The notes: generated by a model from the letters alone, not told the origin. 64,000 bases of DNA from Callorhinchus milii (GCF_018977255.1 NW_024704742.1:66342001-66406000), one strand, 5' to 3'; shown: positions 37,918 through 51,404, counted from the stretch's first letter. Made by a program: numbers and translations.

Positions 37918-38287
37918 GTGGAGTCCTGTAGCTCAGCGGTTAAAGCACTTGCCTCGCAAGTGAGAGACTTGGGTTTGATTCCTGGGCAGGGCGAACGGTT
38001 GGGTAAGTTTCCTTACTCCACACGCTTCTGTTTACCTAGCAGTAGTTGGAACCCAGTTGCCAGTTGATTAGTGGATTGCTTTTCCGGGGGTAATAATCCC
38101 TTAAAAAAATTATAATTTGGTCATTCAATCCTCGACTTTGGGACACTGCTGTGCACAGTTGGCTGCCCCGTTTTGCCCACAAAATAGTTAATTCACCTAA
38201 CAGTATATTCTATGATACGCTTTGAGACGTCTCGAAGAATTGATAAGACGCTATATATCAAATGCAAGGATTATTATTATTATTATT
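37918..38287 (+). mobile_element. tRNA-derived SINE (long variant)
   Basis: gtggagtcctgtagctcagcgg head and (ATT)n tail. Confidence 0.93.
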
Positions 38288-38440
38288 TTGGTCACCGGCT
38301 GCATATGGAAACCCATCACCATGTGTAAGTGTATCCAAACCAGATGGAGTTCTACATGTGGCACCTATACCTGAAAATTCCTACGTCTGGAAGGAAATGT
38401 ACATTCTCTCCCCAGAGGGACAAGGAGCAGACTGGCTATA

Positions 38441-38615
38441 ATAATAATAATCCTTGCATTTGATACAGGGCCTTATATCGTTGAGACGTCTCAAAGCTCT
38501 TTACAGAATATACTGTAAAGTGGATTGACTGTGTATTTTGTGGGTGAAACGGACTGTAGAGTCCTGTAGCACGCTTGGCTCACAAGCAAGAGGACCCGGG
38601 TTCGCCCACAAAATA
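38441..38615. mobile_element. Rearranged SINE: minus-strand tail joined to a deleted plus-strand head
   Basis: aataatccttgcatttgat... followed by gtagagtcctgtagc..gacccgggttcg. Confidence 0.75.
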
Positions 38616-39224
38616 GACCTCAACCACTACCTAAATCAGACACTATCAGACCAGACCTGTGCAATTCTGTGACTGGATTCATAATGTTTGCTTAACTGAC
38701 AGCATGTTTGCCGACTCTGCAATTATTCCATCTTTAGAGTAATTCAGTGTTACTAATACAAGGCTAATAATCCTGGAAGATTAAACTTGTCACGGTTTAA
38801 ATTATCAATAATAAATAAATACCCCTGCAAATCCCCTCAAAAACTCTTTGCTCCATTGTTAGTTTTTCCTCAAAATGAATGGGAGTCAGAAAGCAATTAG
38901 ACTCTCTAATGACAAAAATATTGATTCAGTTAACATTCAATTCATATCTAATTTGTTTGGTGTCCTCTGAATACACACAGTCATTATATACTGTGTATTA
39001 AAAAAAAGTTAAAAAGGGTTAGAGTAGATTTGCCCCAACATTCTTTTTGAAATTAAGCTTCTTATCAGCGATGTTTTATCTATTTATTGATCCCTAAGGT
39101 ACCCCTAAGATTGCTGCCACCATGTAATAAGGTTCAGAGAACAGCAATGATGGTGCCACCTCTACAGCACTAGATTTGTATTTTGAGGCAGCAAAATCCA
39201 GACTCCACAAGTTGCCCAAGCAAA

Positions 39225-39556
39225 GAAGCGCAGTGGTTAGTGCCCTTGCTTTGCAAGCGAGAGGACCTGGGTTCGATTCCCGAGTGGGGTGAAACGTTAC
39301 ACAAGTCTCTTTACTTCACATGCCGCTGTTTACCTAGCAGTAAGTAGAAAGCCGGTAGTTAGTCAATTGGGGGATTGCTTTTCCGGGGGTAATAATAATA
39401 ATTTGGTCACTTAAACCACGACTGTGTGCAATTGGCTGCTGTGTTTCGCCCACAAACTATACAGTCAATTTACTTTATAGTATATTCTTTGAAGCACTTT
39501 GCGACGTCTCGAAGACGTGATTGGATGCTATATCAAATGCAAGGATTATTATTATT
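39225..39556 (+). mobile_element. tRNA-derived SINE (long variant)
   Basis: cagtggttag..ttgcaagcgagaggacctgggttcgattccc head and the standard tail. Confidence 0.92.
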
Positions 39557-40397
39557 ACTTGTCAGAAGTGGTTTATTCATAGAGTTGTGAAGGGATGTGG
39601 TTCACTATAATTCAGTGTGGAGACACACAGCCAGGCAGACACTGGTGAGGAGAGAGTGCTGTTATAGCAGAGAGACACTGTGAGTCCCTTGGTGAGGAGT
39701 GTTGTACAATGGAGAGACACGATCCATGAGATTAGTGCTTTTACAGTGGAGAGACACAGTGTGTGCTGTTATAGTGTGCTCTGGGTCACTGAATGCCTGA
39801 TCCAAAGAGAAATTCCAATATATCATTTCCATTTATCCACCTCATACAGAAGCCCTTGTTCAAGCTCACACATGATCCAAGCAAAACATTCCTCAGCAAA
39901 TTAGTTATGTATTTATCAAGGGTCAACTGGGTCTGGATCTGTAGCTTGGTAGCTGGAACCTACTGATTCAGGTCATTTTCAACTTGGTACTCTCTTTATT
40001 TTTCAATCAAAAATAAGATAGTAATATAATATAATAACAAACTCTTTTCAAGCTTGAGAGAATATGACTCAGAGATTATAAACCAGGTTTTAGCTGATTA
40101 GACTCTAGCAGTTACCCCAACGCACACTCTGGGGTCCCCAAGCCTTGGCTCTCGCCAACTTGCACCTAATACTTTCCGGAATTAGGTAAACAGGATACAT
40201 CTCTCCAGAGAGAGAGAGAGACAGCTATTCCATACCAACAATCTATCTCTGGGATTTCCATGGGAAGCATGGAAACTCAGTTTGGTTTGGATACTCTTAA
40301 GCATAGGGATGGGTTTCCGCATGTGTCAGACACCCGGCTGCCCCCCAAAAACTCAGGACTTCATAGAAGTAGATAGCATTTTAAGTGGGATCAAATA

Positions 40398-40935
40398 AGT
40401 GGAAGGCGCTTAAGGCGGATGCCAGTTAACCCCGGATGCCGGGTAAATCGGCTAGAACACCTAGCCCTGATTCATTTGTATTCCTACCTATTTTAAATAT
40501 GCCGGTTAACTTGCCACCACTGCGTCTCACTCACTCATCACGAGTGGCTCTGGGATGGAAATGGGAGGAATCAAATTGTGATTGATTGACAGCAGACTCC
40601 AGCCATTCACAAGCGGCTGGAGTTGGGCTGTCAATCACTGAGGGGGCGCAGGATCGGAGCAGATACAAGGGAGGGAATGGGAGGAGTCAAATTGCAATTG
40701 CTTGACAGCTGGAGCCACTTGTGAATGGCTGCAGCCCAGACATTCATAAGTGACTGCAGGGCTTTCAATCACCTCGGAGCCACCGCTAAATGGTCCCCTT
40801 CCCTTCTCAGGGAGGAGACTCTGCCACTGCTCTACTGGGCGGGAAGAGGTAATGGCACTTTGGTTAACCTCGCACGCAGTTTAAGCCGGACCAAATGACT
40901 GGTCCCGATCTATCAGTCTTAGGTGGCTTCTACAG
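40398..40935. mobile_element. Second copy of the Tigger/pogo-like element
   Basis: Colinear with 26357-26922 (cagccattcacaag.ggctggagttgggctgtcaatca..; gggaagaggtaatgg; ggtcccga); degenerate TIRs with TA on the right flank. Confidence 0.85.
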
Positions 40936-40989
40936 TATGTACAAAAATAACTTGCATTTCAAATAAACCTAGATCAATATTTTAGGATG

Positions 40990-41250
40990 CATCAAGACGG
41001 TATGACAAGAAGACATAGATTTAGAGTTGCAAAGGGCAGTTGCAGGACAGTCACAAGTTTTTCTTTACTCAGAGGATGATTAACAACTGCAACAGGTTGT
41101 CAGGAAAGGGTGGTTGAGACCAGGACACTGGACTCATTAAAACAACAGCTTAATGCTGTGATGGGGGGGACAGTGAGGTGGGTGTTCTGGAGGGGTGAGA
41201 TTGGGATCATAAGATCGGATGAAGAAGGCCGAAAGGCCTTTTTCATCCAA
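40990..41250 (+). mobile_element. Old CR1 3' fragment
   Basis: ttctttactcagagg..aactgcaacaggttgtcaggaaagggtggttgag (FFTQR..N..N.L...VVE). Confidence 0.7.
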
Positions 41251-42460
41251 TTTATAATCCCGAGAACTTGGATTGAGGTGGTGGGGTGGGGGGGAACAAA
41301 TTGGCTACTGAGTTTGCCTACAAAATACACACTTTCTAGTGTTACAGTGTGAAGCGTTTTGAGATGTACTCCCAATGTGCAAGGTGTTGTATCAAACCCA
41401 AGGATTATTTATGGTGACGGTGGAAGCAGAAAATGTTGATTCTTTCAAATGCAAATTCGATTTCCTTTAGTAAATTTTAGGATACAGTATTTGAATGGTT
41501 CAGGACATGACACAAGTGTACGAATGCCAGAATGGTTGAATGCAAACTGTATGGACCTTGTTTTTTTTTCATCTAGCGTTTCCTATGTTTCTATTGTTAT
41601 CGAATCTCTTGAGATGATACAATTTCATTTCTCACTCTTGTGATTCTATATTTATGGAGAGTTTGCTACAGGAAACCCCTAACCCAGCTGGTCCCATCTC
41701 CCTCCAGACCAGCCAGACACAACAGTGGAGCCGACTTCGCATGTCACTGCCCTGAGGGCAAACTGGGAAATGGAGTCAGGCTGCAGATGGGTGGGAATGT
41801 GCAGCTGGTGTTGCTCAGCACTGCCAATATCCAGGAATGACAGCCCGGAACTGGAATCGTAAGAACTTTCCTCAGCCTGCAATGGATTTGTGTCTTAAAG
41901 GCCAAACATGTGATCAAGAAATGGCAGATACATTCACTAATTACACATAATTTCTTAGCCTCAATTTCTGGGCTCAGTCTGCAGTTCTGGGTGTCTCATT
42001 ATATCGATAAATGACGGTGTAAAATATGATGTCGCATAACACATTTGATGCATTAATTATCACATTAGCAGGAAGGATTTGCAGTATTTTTGGGCACTGC
42101 TGATGACAGTCCAGCTAGCCTGGCTCATCGGTAGGACTTGGAATGTCAGACCAGTCACTGAAGGCAAGGAATCCTCCCACTCAGCTCTTAATAACCCTGC
42201 AAGCCAAAGCCCTAATGGGTAGGTTCGTCCTAGCTAGACAAGCAGTGGGAAAACTTGCCAGGCAATGGTCTCAATGGCAAGCTATGCGGTTTTAGCTGGT
42301 TAACTTCCAGCAGGACTCCAGCGCACACTCTGGGGCCCCCAAGCCTTGGCTCTTGCCAACTTGCGCCTAATACTCTCCAAAATTAGGTAAGCAGGATGTG
42401 TCCCTCCAGGGAAAGAGTGCGCATTCCATTTCAATACATGGGGAAATTTCCACGCGTGGA

Positions 42461-42995
42461 TAATAATCATCCTTGCATTTGATATAGTGCCTTATCAAGT
42501 CTTCGAGACATGTCAAAGCTCTTCATAGAATATACTGTATAATTTATGGGTGAAACATGACAGTCAATTGCACACAACAGTGTCCCACAAACAGTGGTGG
42601 ATTGAGTAACCAAATTATTATTTTTAAAATAATTTTAGAAGGGATTATTACCCCTGGAAAAGCGATCCACAATCGACTAATAACAGAGTTCCTACTTACT
42701 TTGGAGTCCTGTAGCTCAGTGGTTAGAGCACTCACCTCGCAAGCGAGAGACCTGGGTTCGATTCCCGCCAGGGTGAAACCTTGGGCAAGTTTCTTTACTC
42801 CACGCCTGATAATGATCCCTCAAAAAAAATTGGTCATTTCAATCCACGACTGTTTGTGGGACACCGCTGTGCGCAATTGGTTGCTGCGTTTCGCCCACAA
42901 ATATACAGTGAATTCACTTTTACAGTATATTCTGTGAAGCGCTTTGAGACGTCTCGAAGACGTGAAAAGCGCTATATCAAATGCATGGATTATTA
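42461..42995. mobile_element. Head-to-head SINE pair (minus 42461-42700, plus 42702-42995)
   Basis: A minus-strand 3' part directly abuts a plus-strand full head ggagtcctgtagctcagtgg. Confidence 0.92.
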
Positions 42996-43648
42996 TTGTT
43001 ATTACTGCTACAACATAATACAAATTTTCATTTATAAAGCACCTTTCACATTGGGGGGAATGTCCCAAGATGCTTAAATTCCTCCTCCCCCAAACCCACG
43101 GTACTGTCATTAAGTTTATCAAAGCTGCTGAAGGCCACCAAGCCACACACATGGTGAACACCGTAGAGTGTGAACAGTATTGGAAGGTTTCTGACTAAGG
43201 CGCCAGTGTTGCAGGCCTTTCTTGTATGTGAAAGGTGCTATATCAACATAAATTGCTGTCGTAGAACAGATAACTAAGTACAAACACCAGGGCTCCAGTC
43301 CTCTTTGGATCCATGGGAATGTCAGTGTGGAATGCAGTTGGGTCACGGTTCAATAATGGGCAGCCAGCAATCGGCTGATACCCTGCAGTTTTCACTCAAT
43401 TACCTTTGGGAGGCTGGGAAAAAAAAGCCTGTGGAATCGAATAATTTGAGACATGACATGTCTCGTATGCTTGGAAGAACTAGGCAAGATCTAAGGTACC
43501 CAAAGCTTTCCACTCTGTTGTAGAATAATCCATATAGAATTAATTGCTGCCAACATCTCCATTATTGTACATGCGACTACCAGGATGGTAGAAGACGGAC
43601 TAAATGGACCTTGTTTTTTTTTGTTTAGCAATTCCTATGTTCCCTAAG

Positions 43649-43970
43649 TAATAATAATAATAATCCTTGCATTTGATGTAGCGCTTTTCACGTCGGGAGG
43701 ACGTCCCAAAGCGCTTCACAGAACACACTGTAAAGTGAATTGACTGTATATTTGTGGGCGAACGCGGCAGCCAATTGCGCACAGCAATGTCCCACAAACA
43801 GTCTAGATTGAAAATGACCAATTTATTATTGTTTTTGTTTTTTGGAGGGATTATTATTAGGCTCTGTGTGGAGTAAGGAAACTTGCCCAAGGTTTCGCCC
43901 TCTGCCTGGAATTGAACTCAGGTCTCTCACTTGCAAAGCGAGTGCTCTAACCACTGAGCTACAGGACTCC
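43649..43970 (-). mobile_element. Young tRNA-derived SINE (short variant)
   Basis: Near-identical to 5925-6252. Confidence 0.95.
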
Positions 43971-44472
43971 GTCCAAGCTAAGTCTTGGAAGGTGTGACTG
44001 ATTTTCACATGGTCCTTGCATTAACACTGGAAGGCAGTGAAAACTGCATAGGCCCATTGGTAGAACTGGGCTGCAGATATTACATGGACCATATTACATT
44101 TCCTTTTATAGTCCTCCTAACCTGAACTACGAGCACACAATGCAAATGTGAAATATGACAAGCCTCTAGCAAGACTACAGATTGGAAGAATTATTTTCTT
44201 ACAATAGAATCCAAATTCACATCTGTATAAATTCATTTCATGTTGGGAGGATGTCCCAAGGCACTTAACAGTAATAGCTTGGCACCTGAGCTGGGGGTAG
44301 AAGCTGAGCTGGGATCGGGTGGGGAGATTAAAGATAACTGAAAGCGGAGTTAAAGTGAAGAGAGATAATTAGAGATGTTAACTGGGAAATCCGTAAAACC
44401 AGATATGCTGTGTGACTGGAGCGGGTAATAATAATAATAGTAATTATGCCAGATGGTTTGATGTAGTGCCTA

Positions 44473-44790
44473 TAACAAATTACATTTGTACAGCGCTTTT
44501 CATGTCGGGAAGATGCCCAAGATGTTGGACAGGCAGGGATTTGGACCCGAACTGGTGGTTGGGATCAGGAGGGGTGGGGAGGGTTGGGGTAGGATAGTGA
44601 CCGAACACACAGTTGAAGAGGAGAGTCTTGAGATGTGCCTTGAAGGAGGAAACGAGGGAGCAATGTGAAGGGACTGGGGTGGAGTTCCAGGAGGGGAGGG
44701 AGGGCAGAGAGGCTGAAGGCCCAACCGCCGATGGTGAGGTGGGCCGGGCCAGGCAGGGGATGTGGAGCAGGGAGCGGTGGGAGTGGATAG
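44473..44790 (-). mobile_element. L2 3' end fragment
   Basis: TIGGWAFSLSA motif and L2 tail. Confidence 0.85.
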
Positions 44791-45864
44791 GTCAATGCAT
44801 GTCACAGTTAATTGCCTACACAACATACAATCCCCACACTTTACAATAAATTCTATGAAGCTCTTTGAGATGTGAAAGACACAATATCAAAGATAGGGTT
44901 TATTATTATAAGTGTGGTGATTGTGCATCTACAGATAAATGTGGCAGCCAATTTATGGAAGCCTTGATGTGCAACAATGTGAATTGGATGATCAGTGTTA
45001 TCTTGAGGATCCCACCTGAAGACTTTCCTCTTTGACCGTGCCTAAGGTCACTTCCACTTTCTTCCTGGCTTGGCATAAAACAACACGTAAGACGCTACCC
45101 CATGTGAAGGGCGCTATACAAATGTAATTTTGATTTTACTTAATTGCAAGCTATTGTCGTCATGTGCTTTCTTTTAATGATTTTGGACAAATATCTGGAT
45201 TTCAAGCCTTGTCAGAGAGAGGTAGAACAGCTAATAACAGTGCTCTACTCCTCCAAACAGCAGGGCTCCTGGCCAGCTCCACCTCTTATCACTCTGTGGT
45301 AGCCTCTGTTTATTTACTCTGACCAATGCATTTCACAAACCAATACATTTCTGAGATGCCGTCCGACATTAAGCGCTCTATATACATGCAAGTTGTTGTT
45401 GAATTACTGATGCTCTGAGCTTGTGGGAGTTGTGATTCTTCCCACACAGTCCCGTTAACCCCGCAAGCCAAAGCTCTGATGGATAGGGTTGATGGGGTTT
45501 GTAATACAAGACGTATACAGCACCTTTCACGATGGGAGGATGTCTCAATCCACTTTACAATATATTCTGTTAAGCACTTTGAGATGCCTCAACGATGTGA
45601 TAAGGCGCTATATCAAATGCAAGGATTATTATTATTATATCAAATACAACGATCGTAAACACAATGCCAAGCCATGTGGTTTTAGCTGTTTAAACCCTAG
45701 CAGAACCCCAATGCAAACTCTTGGGTCTCCAAACCTCTCTTGCCTAAATCTCTGGTATTAGGATAAACAAGGAACGGCCATCCGGGAGAAGGGAGTGCAT
45801 ACTCTACATCTGGTAAATAGAAACCATACTTAAGTGGAACTCTCAATAGTTTGGGTTGGAGACT

Positions 45865-46215
45865 CTTGAGCCTGGTGATGATTCTCACCTTCAAAACCCT
45901 CCATGATCTTTTCCCACGCTACTTCTGTGACCCTCTCAAACTCTACCAACCTGGCTGCACTCTGCATTCAGTGGGCACCAGCTTCTCCATGTCCCCAGGC
46001 CTAGCGGCCCCATCAGTGGTAGTCGGGCTTTCAGCATATCTGCCCCACTTTCTAGTACTTTATCTCAGTCCCTCCAAGTTTCCCCTCCCTCACTAAGGTC
46101 TGTCTCAAGATTTTCCTCTTTCAAGGCACCTTCCATCATCTGCCCTCCATCCCACCCCATCTCCTTCAACTCCCACCACCCAGCCCCCCACCCCAGCTCA
46201 GGTGCCAAGCCCTAA
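45865..46215 (+). mobile_element. L2 3' fragment
   Basis: ILTFKTLHDLFPRY..D.L..YQP..TL.S matches the L2 ORF2 C-terminus. Confidence 0.75.
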
Positions 46216-47734
46216 CTCACAGTTCATCCATTATAAATTGGCCCCATTGAAGTCTACTCTGTTATTTCATTATATCATAGGAGCTGGTTTGATTTTCTTC
46301 ATTCTGTCCCCACATCTCTTAATATCTCGACTTTCCCAAATATCCATCCATCCCCTTTTATTCAACCCTCCAATTCAAAATGCTGCCCTTCAGATGAGAC
46401 GTTAGATCAAGGTCCCCCCTGTGTGCCTGTTCAGGTGGACGTTAAAGATCCCACACCACTGTTCAGAAAGAGAAGAGAGGTTCTCCCAGTATCCTGGCCA
46501 ACAAGGAGGTGAGCATGCTAACCACTAGGCTATGGGGCTCCACACAAAAGGCGTTATTATTGGGATTCTAAGCTTTGAACAAAATTCTTGTTAAAGACGT
46601 GGGGGAAGGTTTGTTCTATGTGAAGCTGTTAATAGAGAAGTTGGTATATTAATGCGAATTCCTGGCCGAAATACCTGCACGTCTATTTTGCTGATTTACT
46701 GCTCTCAATAACTTCCCACAGTCAGGTCGGATTTAACCGTGCAAATTAATCCGCTTAACGGCAGGTTAACCATTCGATCTTTGGGTATGAGTCAAAGTTA
46801 ATTTCACCGCTGGTAACAGAAAGCAAAACATCATTAAAGCATCATCAATCTTCATGACATTTCCACTTCTTGGCCCAGGGACAGGCCGAGTTATGGGACT
46901 CTCCACATCCCTTCACACTGCTGGAGGATGGGGATTGAGCAAACACTCACAGTTTACAAGCCAGCTGCACGTAGTGAGTGAATTGCCACCTGGGGTGTTT
47001 GCGGGCAAGGCTTGCCATGTATCATCTGCAGTGGCTCAAATGCAATTGTTTTTAAAGGTCAGAGGTCCACCAGACAGCAGAATCTGACCCTCCCAGGCCA
47101 AACAGCTAGTCCTGCAGGACAGGAATGCTGAGGCCTGAAATCAAGAGCCAGGGACAAATGTTTCAAATTCAGATAAGCCTTTGATTGTCTTTAAATTGTT
47201 ATTATAATCGTGGAGTCCCACAGTGTAGTGGTTAGTGCACTCGCCTGGCAAGCAAGAGGACCCGGGTTTGATTCCCGGACAGGGCGAAATCTTAAGCAAG
47301 TTTCCTTAGTCCACAGACTTGTGTTTACCCAGCAGTTCTATCTTACCCACCGAGCTCCCAGTCACCTTTTCTCAACCCCCACCCCACTATCTTGCACCGT
47401 CTCGGGTGCTAAGTCAGCTATGCGGTATCCTCCTGAAGTGAAAGGTGCTGTGTAATTGTAAGTTGTTGTTGCTGTTCTCTGTAGTCCGAATGTATGGATG
47501 TGGCTAGAGAGACAATGAGAAATGGGGGTGTGGGGGGATGTTTAAATTTCCAGGGGACGAAGATCCAAAGTGTCCAAGCATGGGGAGATGGCTTTCCCTC
47601 TCGGTCTTGTTTTAATGGTGGCTTTTATTGATTCCCAATCTTTGAGGCAAATATTATCACACCTTAGATCCCAATGTTTGTCAGGTATAGAAGTTAAGAA
47701 TCAAGAAACATCACAATTTTCTGACTCTTATAAT

Positions 47735-48167
47735 AATCCTTATAAAAATCCTTGCACTTTTTACAGCATCTTTCAAATCAGGAGGATGTCCCAAAGTGCT
47801 TCACAGAATATACTGTAAAGTGTAATAACTGTGTATTTTTGTAGGCGAATACAGCAACCGATTTGCACCAATGTCCCACAAACAGCCTTCAAGTGAATGA
47901 CCGATTTTATCCTGGGGATTGTTGTCCAGGACATTGGGAGAAACTCCTTCCTCTTTTTGAATAGTGCCATGGGATCTTTAACATCCACCTGAACAGGCAG
48001 ACAAGATCTTGGCTTAACGTCTCATCCAAAGAACGGCTTCTGCAAAATTACAGCACTGCATCGGAGCATCAGCCTAGAATATGTAAATTTAAAGTCCTGA
48101 TACAGGCCTTGAACCAACAGCCTTCTGACTCAGAAGCAAGAGGGCTATCGACTGAGCCAAGCTGACA
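47735..48167 (-). mobile_element. DeuSINE-type element, near full length
   Basis: Reverse complement: gtcagcttggctcagtcgatagc head, ggatgagacgttaagcc..ctgcctgttcaggtggatgttaaagatcccatggcacta core, and tail. Confidence 0.85.
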
Positions 48168-48654
48168 CCCATCACTAAAGATTGATCACAGGTGTGAAGC
48201 CACACTGAACATATTCAGCACTGGCACTTTTGTCCCTGATCGCATTCAAGATTGTATTATGTAAAGCAGCACTGCACTATGTGGGCTCCAGGGCAGGCCT
48301 CTAGTGGGAACAAAGATAGCAATCTTCGAACTGGTTTTGGTCCTTCACCTACAAAAACAAGTTTTGAAACGTCCTCCCAACATGAAAGGCAAATATAATA
48401 ACTTATAATAATCCTTGCATTTGTTACAGAGCCTTATCACGTCTTTGAGATGTCTCAAAACGCTTCACAGAATATATTGCATACATTATGATGAATATAC
48501 TGTATACATTATTGGCGGCTCTGATCCACCAATCGACTAACATGTAAAGATTATTATCTTTTAATACTTTAAATACTTTAAAAATATAAATATTATGATA
48601 AATATTATTATTATTATTATCCCTCCTGGGAGAAATTGCACACTCGATTCAAAG

Positions 48655-49536
48655 TAACAACAACAACAACAACAACAACAAGATTCCATTTATAGAGCGC
48701 CTTTCACGTCAGGAGGACGTCCCAAGGCGCTGCACAGTTGGGTCATGACCCGAGCAGGGGGGAAATGGTCAGGGTGAGGGGAGGGAAGGGAGGGAGAGAG
48801 GAGGGGGGAAATGGTCAGGGTGAGGGGAGGGAAGGGAGGGAGCGAGGAGGAGGAAGAGAGTCGAGAGGGGAGCTGAAGGCACGGTCAAAGAGAAAGGTTT
48901 TGAGACCGGCCTTGAAGGAGGAAAGGGAGGAAGCAAGGCGAAGGCACTGGGGGATGGAGTTCCAGAGCCTCGGGGCTGAGAGGCTGAAGGCCCGACCACC
49001 GATAGTAGGGCGGTTGGGGCGGGGGACGTGGAGCAGACCGGAGCCAGAGGAACGGAGGTTACGGGCAGGTAGGTAGGGGGATAGTAGGTTGGAGAGGTAG
49101 GAGGGAGCAAGGCCGTGAATGGCCTTGTAGGTGAGGATGAGGATCTTGAAATCAATCCTCTGGGGGATGGGGAGCCAGTGGAGGCGAGCGAGGGTAGGAG
49201 TGATGTGGTCCCGAAGCCTGGTGCGGGACAGTACACGAGCTGCAGAGTTCTGAATGACCTGCAGCTTGTGGAGGGAGGTGCCGGGAAGGCCGGCGAGGAG
49301 AGAGTTCCCATAGTCCAGCCTTGAGGTGACAAAGGCGTGAACCAGGGTTTCAGCAGCGTGAGGGGTGAGGTAGTGCCGTAATCTGGCGATATTCCGGAGG
49401 TGATGGAAGGCGGTGCCAGTTGTGGTGCGGATGTGAGGGAGAAAGGACAGCTCAGGGTCGAACAAAACGCCGAGGTTCCTGACTGGCTTTGAGAGGTGGA
49501 GAGTGCAGCCTTGGATGCTGATGGTGTCAGCGCCTG
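48655..49536 (-). mobile_element. Young 5'-truncated L2 LINE with an open ORF2 C-terminus (216 aa)
   Basis: ORF 48815-49465 FDPELSF..HLRNIARLR..LVHAFVTSRLDYGNSLL..LQVIQNSAARVL..LHWLP..GGRAFS..APRLWNS; (TTG)n tail; CpGs retained. Confidence 0.96.
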
Positions 49537-51404
49537 AATAGCGCCTGAAGTAAATAGAAACTGTACATATATTGAACTCTCAGTAGCTTGGAGACACTTG
49601 TGATGCGTTTCTGCATTTTGCCCACAAAATACACAGTCAATCCACTTGATAGTATACCCTGTGAAACGCTTTGGGATGTCTCGACAACGTGATAAAGCGA
49701 TATATCAAATACAAGGATTATTGTTATATTCTGTGTATATTGGATGCTAAGCCGACCAAAAAAACTAGGGCCTCCACAATGCAAGGGGATCAACCATAGT
49801 CAGTCCTGTGAGACCGTAGGCATTCTCAATTAGCTGAGTCTCTAAAGACCTTAAAATACCTATAATCTGCTGTTAGACCTTTTACCCTGGTCCAGAAACA
49901 AACACCCTGTGATTAGCACGAGAAATGTTGCGAGTAAAGATTAAAAGCACTCGGTGGAGAACAGTGTTCAAAAATCCCTTCACACCTACAACTATGCCAC
50001 TTAACATGTTGGGGGAGTTCCTGTGCCTCCTCATATCTACAGCTCGCTGTACTGTTCTCTCAACACGTACCTTCAAACAATACCTTTCTGTCTGGTCCCA
50101 CGCATTTGTGGGAGACAGAGAAAAGATCACTGCCCTTTCACATCAGGTCCAAGATCAGAATTTATCTGAGCCAGGGGGAAGGAAGGATTTCCCATGGGGA
50201 ATGGGATGCCTTGTCCTGGGGTTGAAAAATGGATTGAATTGTGGGGGTGGGATGGGGTGGAGAAGAAAGTGAAAACATAACATTAATGGCTCAGGCGCCA
50301 GAAAGAATAATATAATCATCATTCTTGCATTTGATATATCACGGCTTTGAGACGTCTCAAAGTGCTTTGCGGAGATTTTTACTGTGATTTGTAGTGATTG
50401 TGTATCTTGTCGGTTCATAGTGCCGACATGGGGGATTGAACCCACAACGGGTCTGACTTACAGGTGAGCGTGTGATCGACTGAGCCAGGCTGAAAAAGAA
50501 TGTGACGTGCGTCTTGCGTGGGTGTACGACATCGACTCGCGAGTCATTTGCAGCATCCTCATGGGTCGCGGTGATGTCATGGTGTTCCCAGCATGAGATG
50601 CACTTTACGGATGCTCTGCCATTTGTGCTGTGGATTTCCTGTCCCAGTACACTTCCAACCCCACTGTCTGGCTTCCACCTTTGGGTGCATCTCAAGCAGA
50701 GATTTTCTTCCTCTGCTGGAGAGTGAGCGCTGTGCAACGTATCAGAGAACCCTCCTTTCACCTCTGGAAACTGACAGAGACGGACAAAGGCCGAAGGGGG
50801 AAGGGAAGGAGCTGTGCGGAACTGACCTTTCACCTCCTGGAGTCTAAGTTCCAATCCAGTCTAGACAACGTACAAATCCCCTTGTGAAGTCAGGGAGGAG
50901 AATCTAAATCAAAGAGGTTTGCACTGTCTGAACCCAGTTGCCGGGGGGACACTTTAGTTAGTTTGCTGACTGCTTTCTTCCTGAGGGCAATAGCTAACCT
51001 GAATGATATCATTGTGCTGAAACCATAAATTGAAGTGCAATACAATACAAATTTACAGTTATATGGCGCCTATCACCTCAGGAGGACAAAATAAATGGTA
51101 GCAATTGCCAAATGATGTCCGTGCTGTTGTTTTCTACCCTGGTCCCTTAAGCCGTCCCTGCTGCCGCTGTCAATTCACTGCTTAGAAACTGGCAAAGTTA
51201 TATCCCTCTCGCTGGCTCAGTGAGCAAATGCATGGGACATCCAGACCAGGCCATGTCTCATTGCTCAGTGTGTGGTCTGGGCTGAGTTAGCTGAGATGGT
51301 AGTTGGGATCTGCTTGGTGTTCTTTGGGCAGAGAGCAGGAACTCTTTGGCCACCCTTCCCCCCCCACCCCCGAGGCCCCAAATTCTTCCTTAACTTTAAG
51401 ACTA

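Noticed and set aside
45454..45490. Twister-ribozyme-like look of TAACCCCGCAAGCCAAAGC...AGGG at one end of the unknown repeat
   Set aside because: I could not build the P4 stem or both pseudoknots; it needs an Infernal search before any claim.
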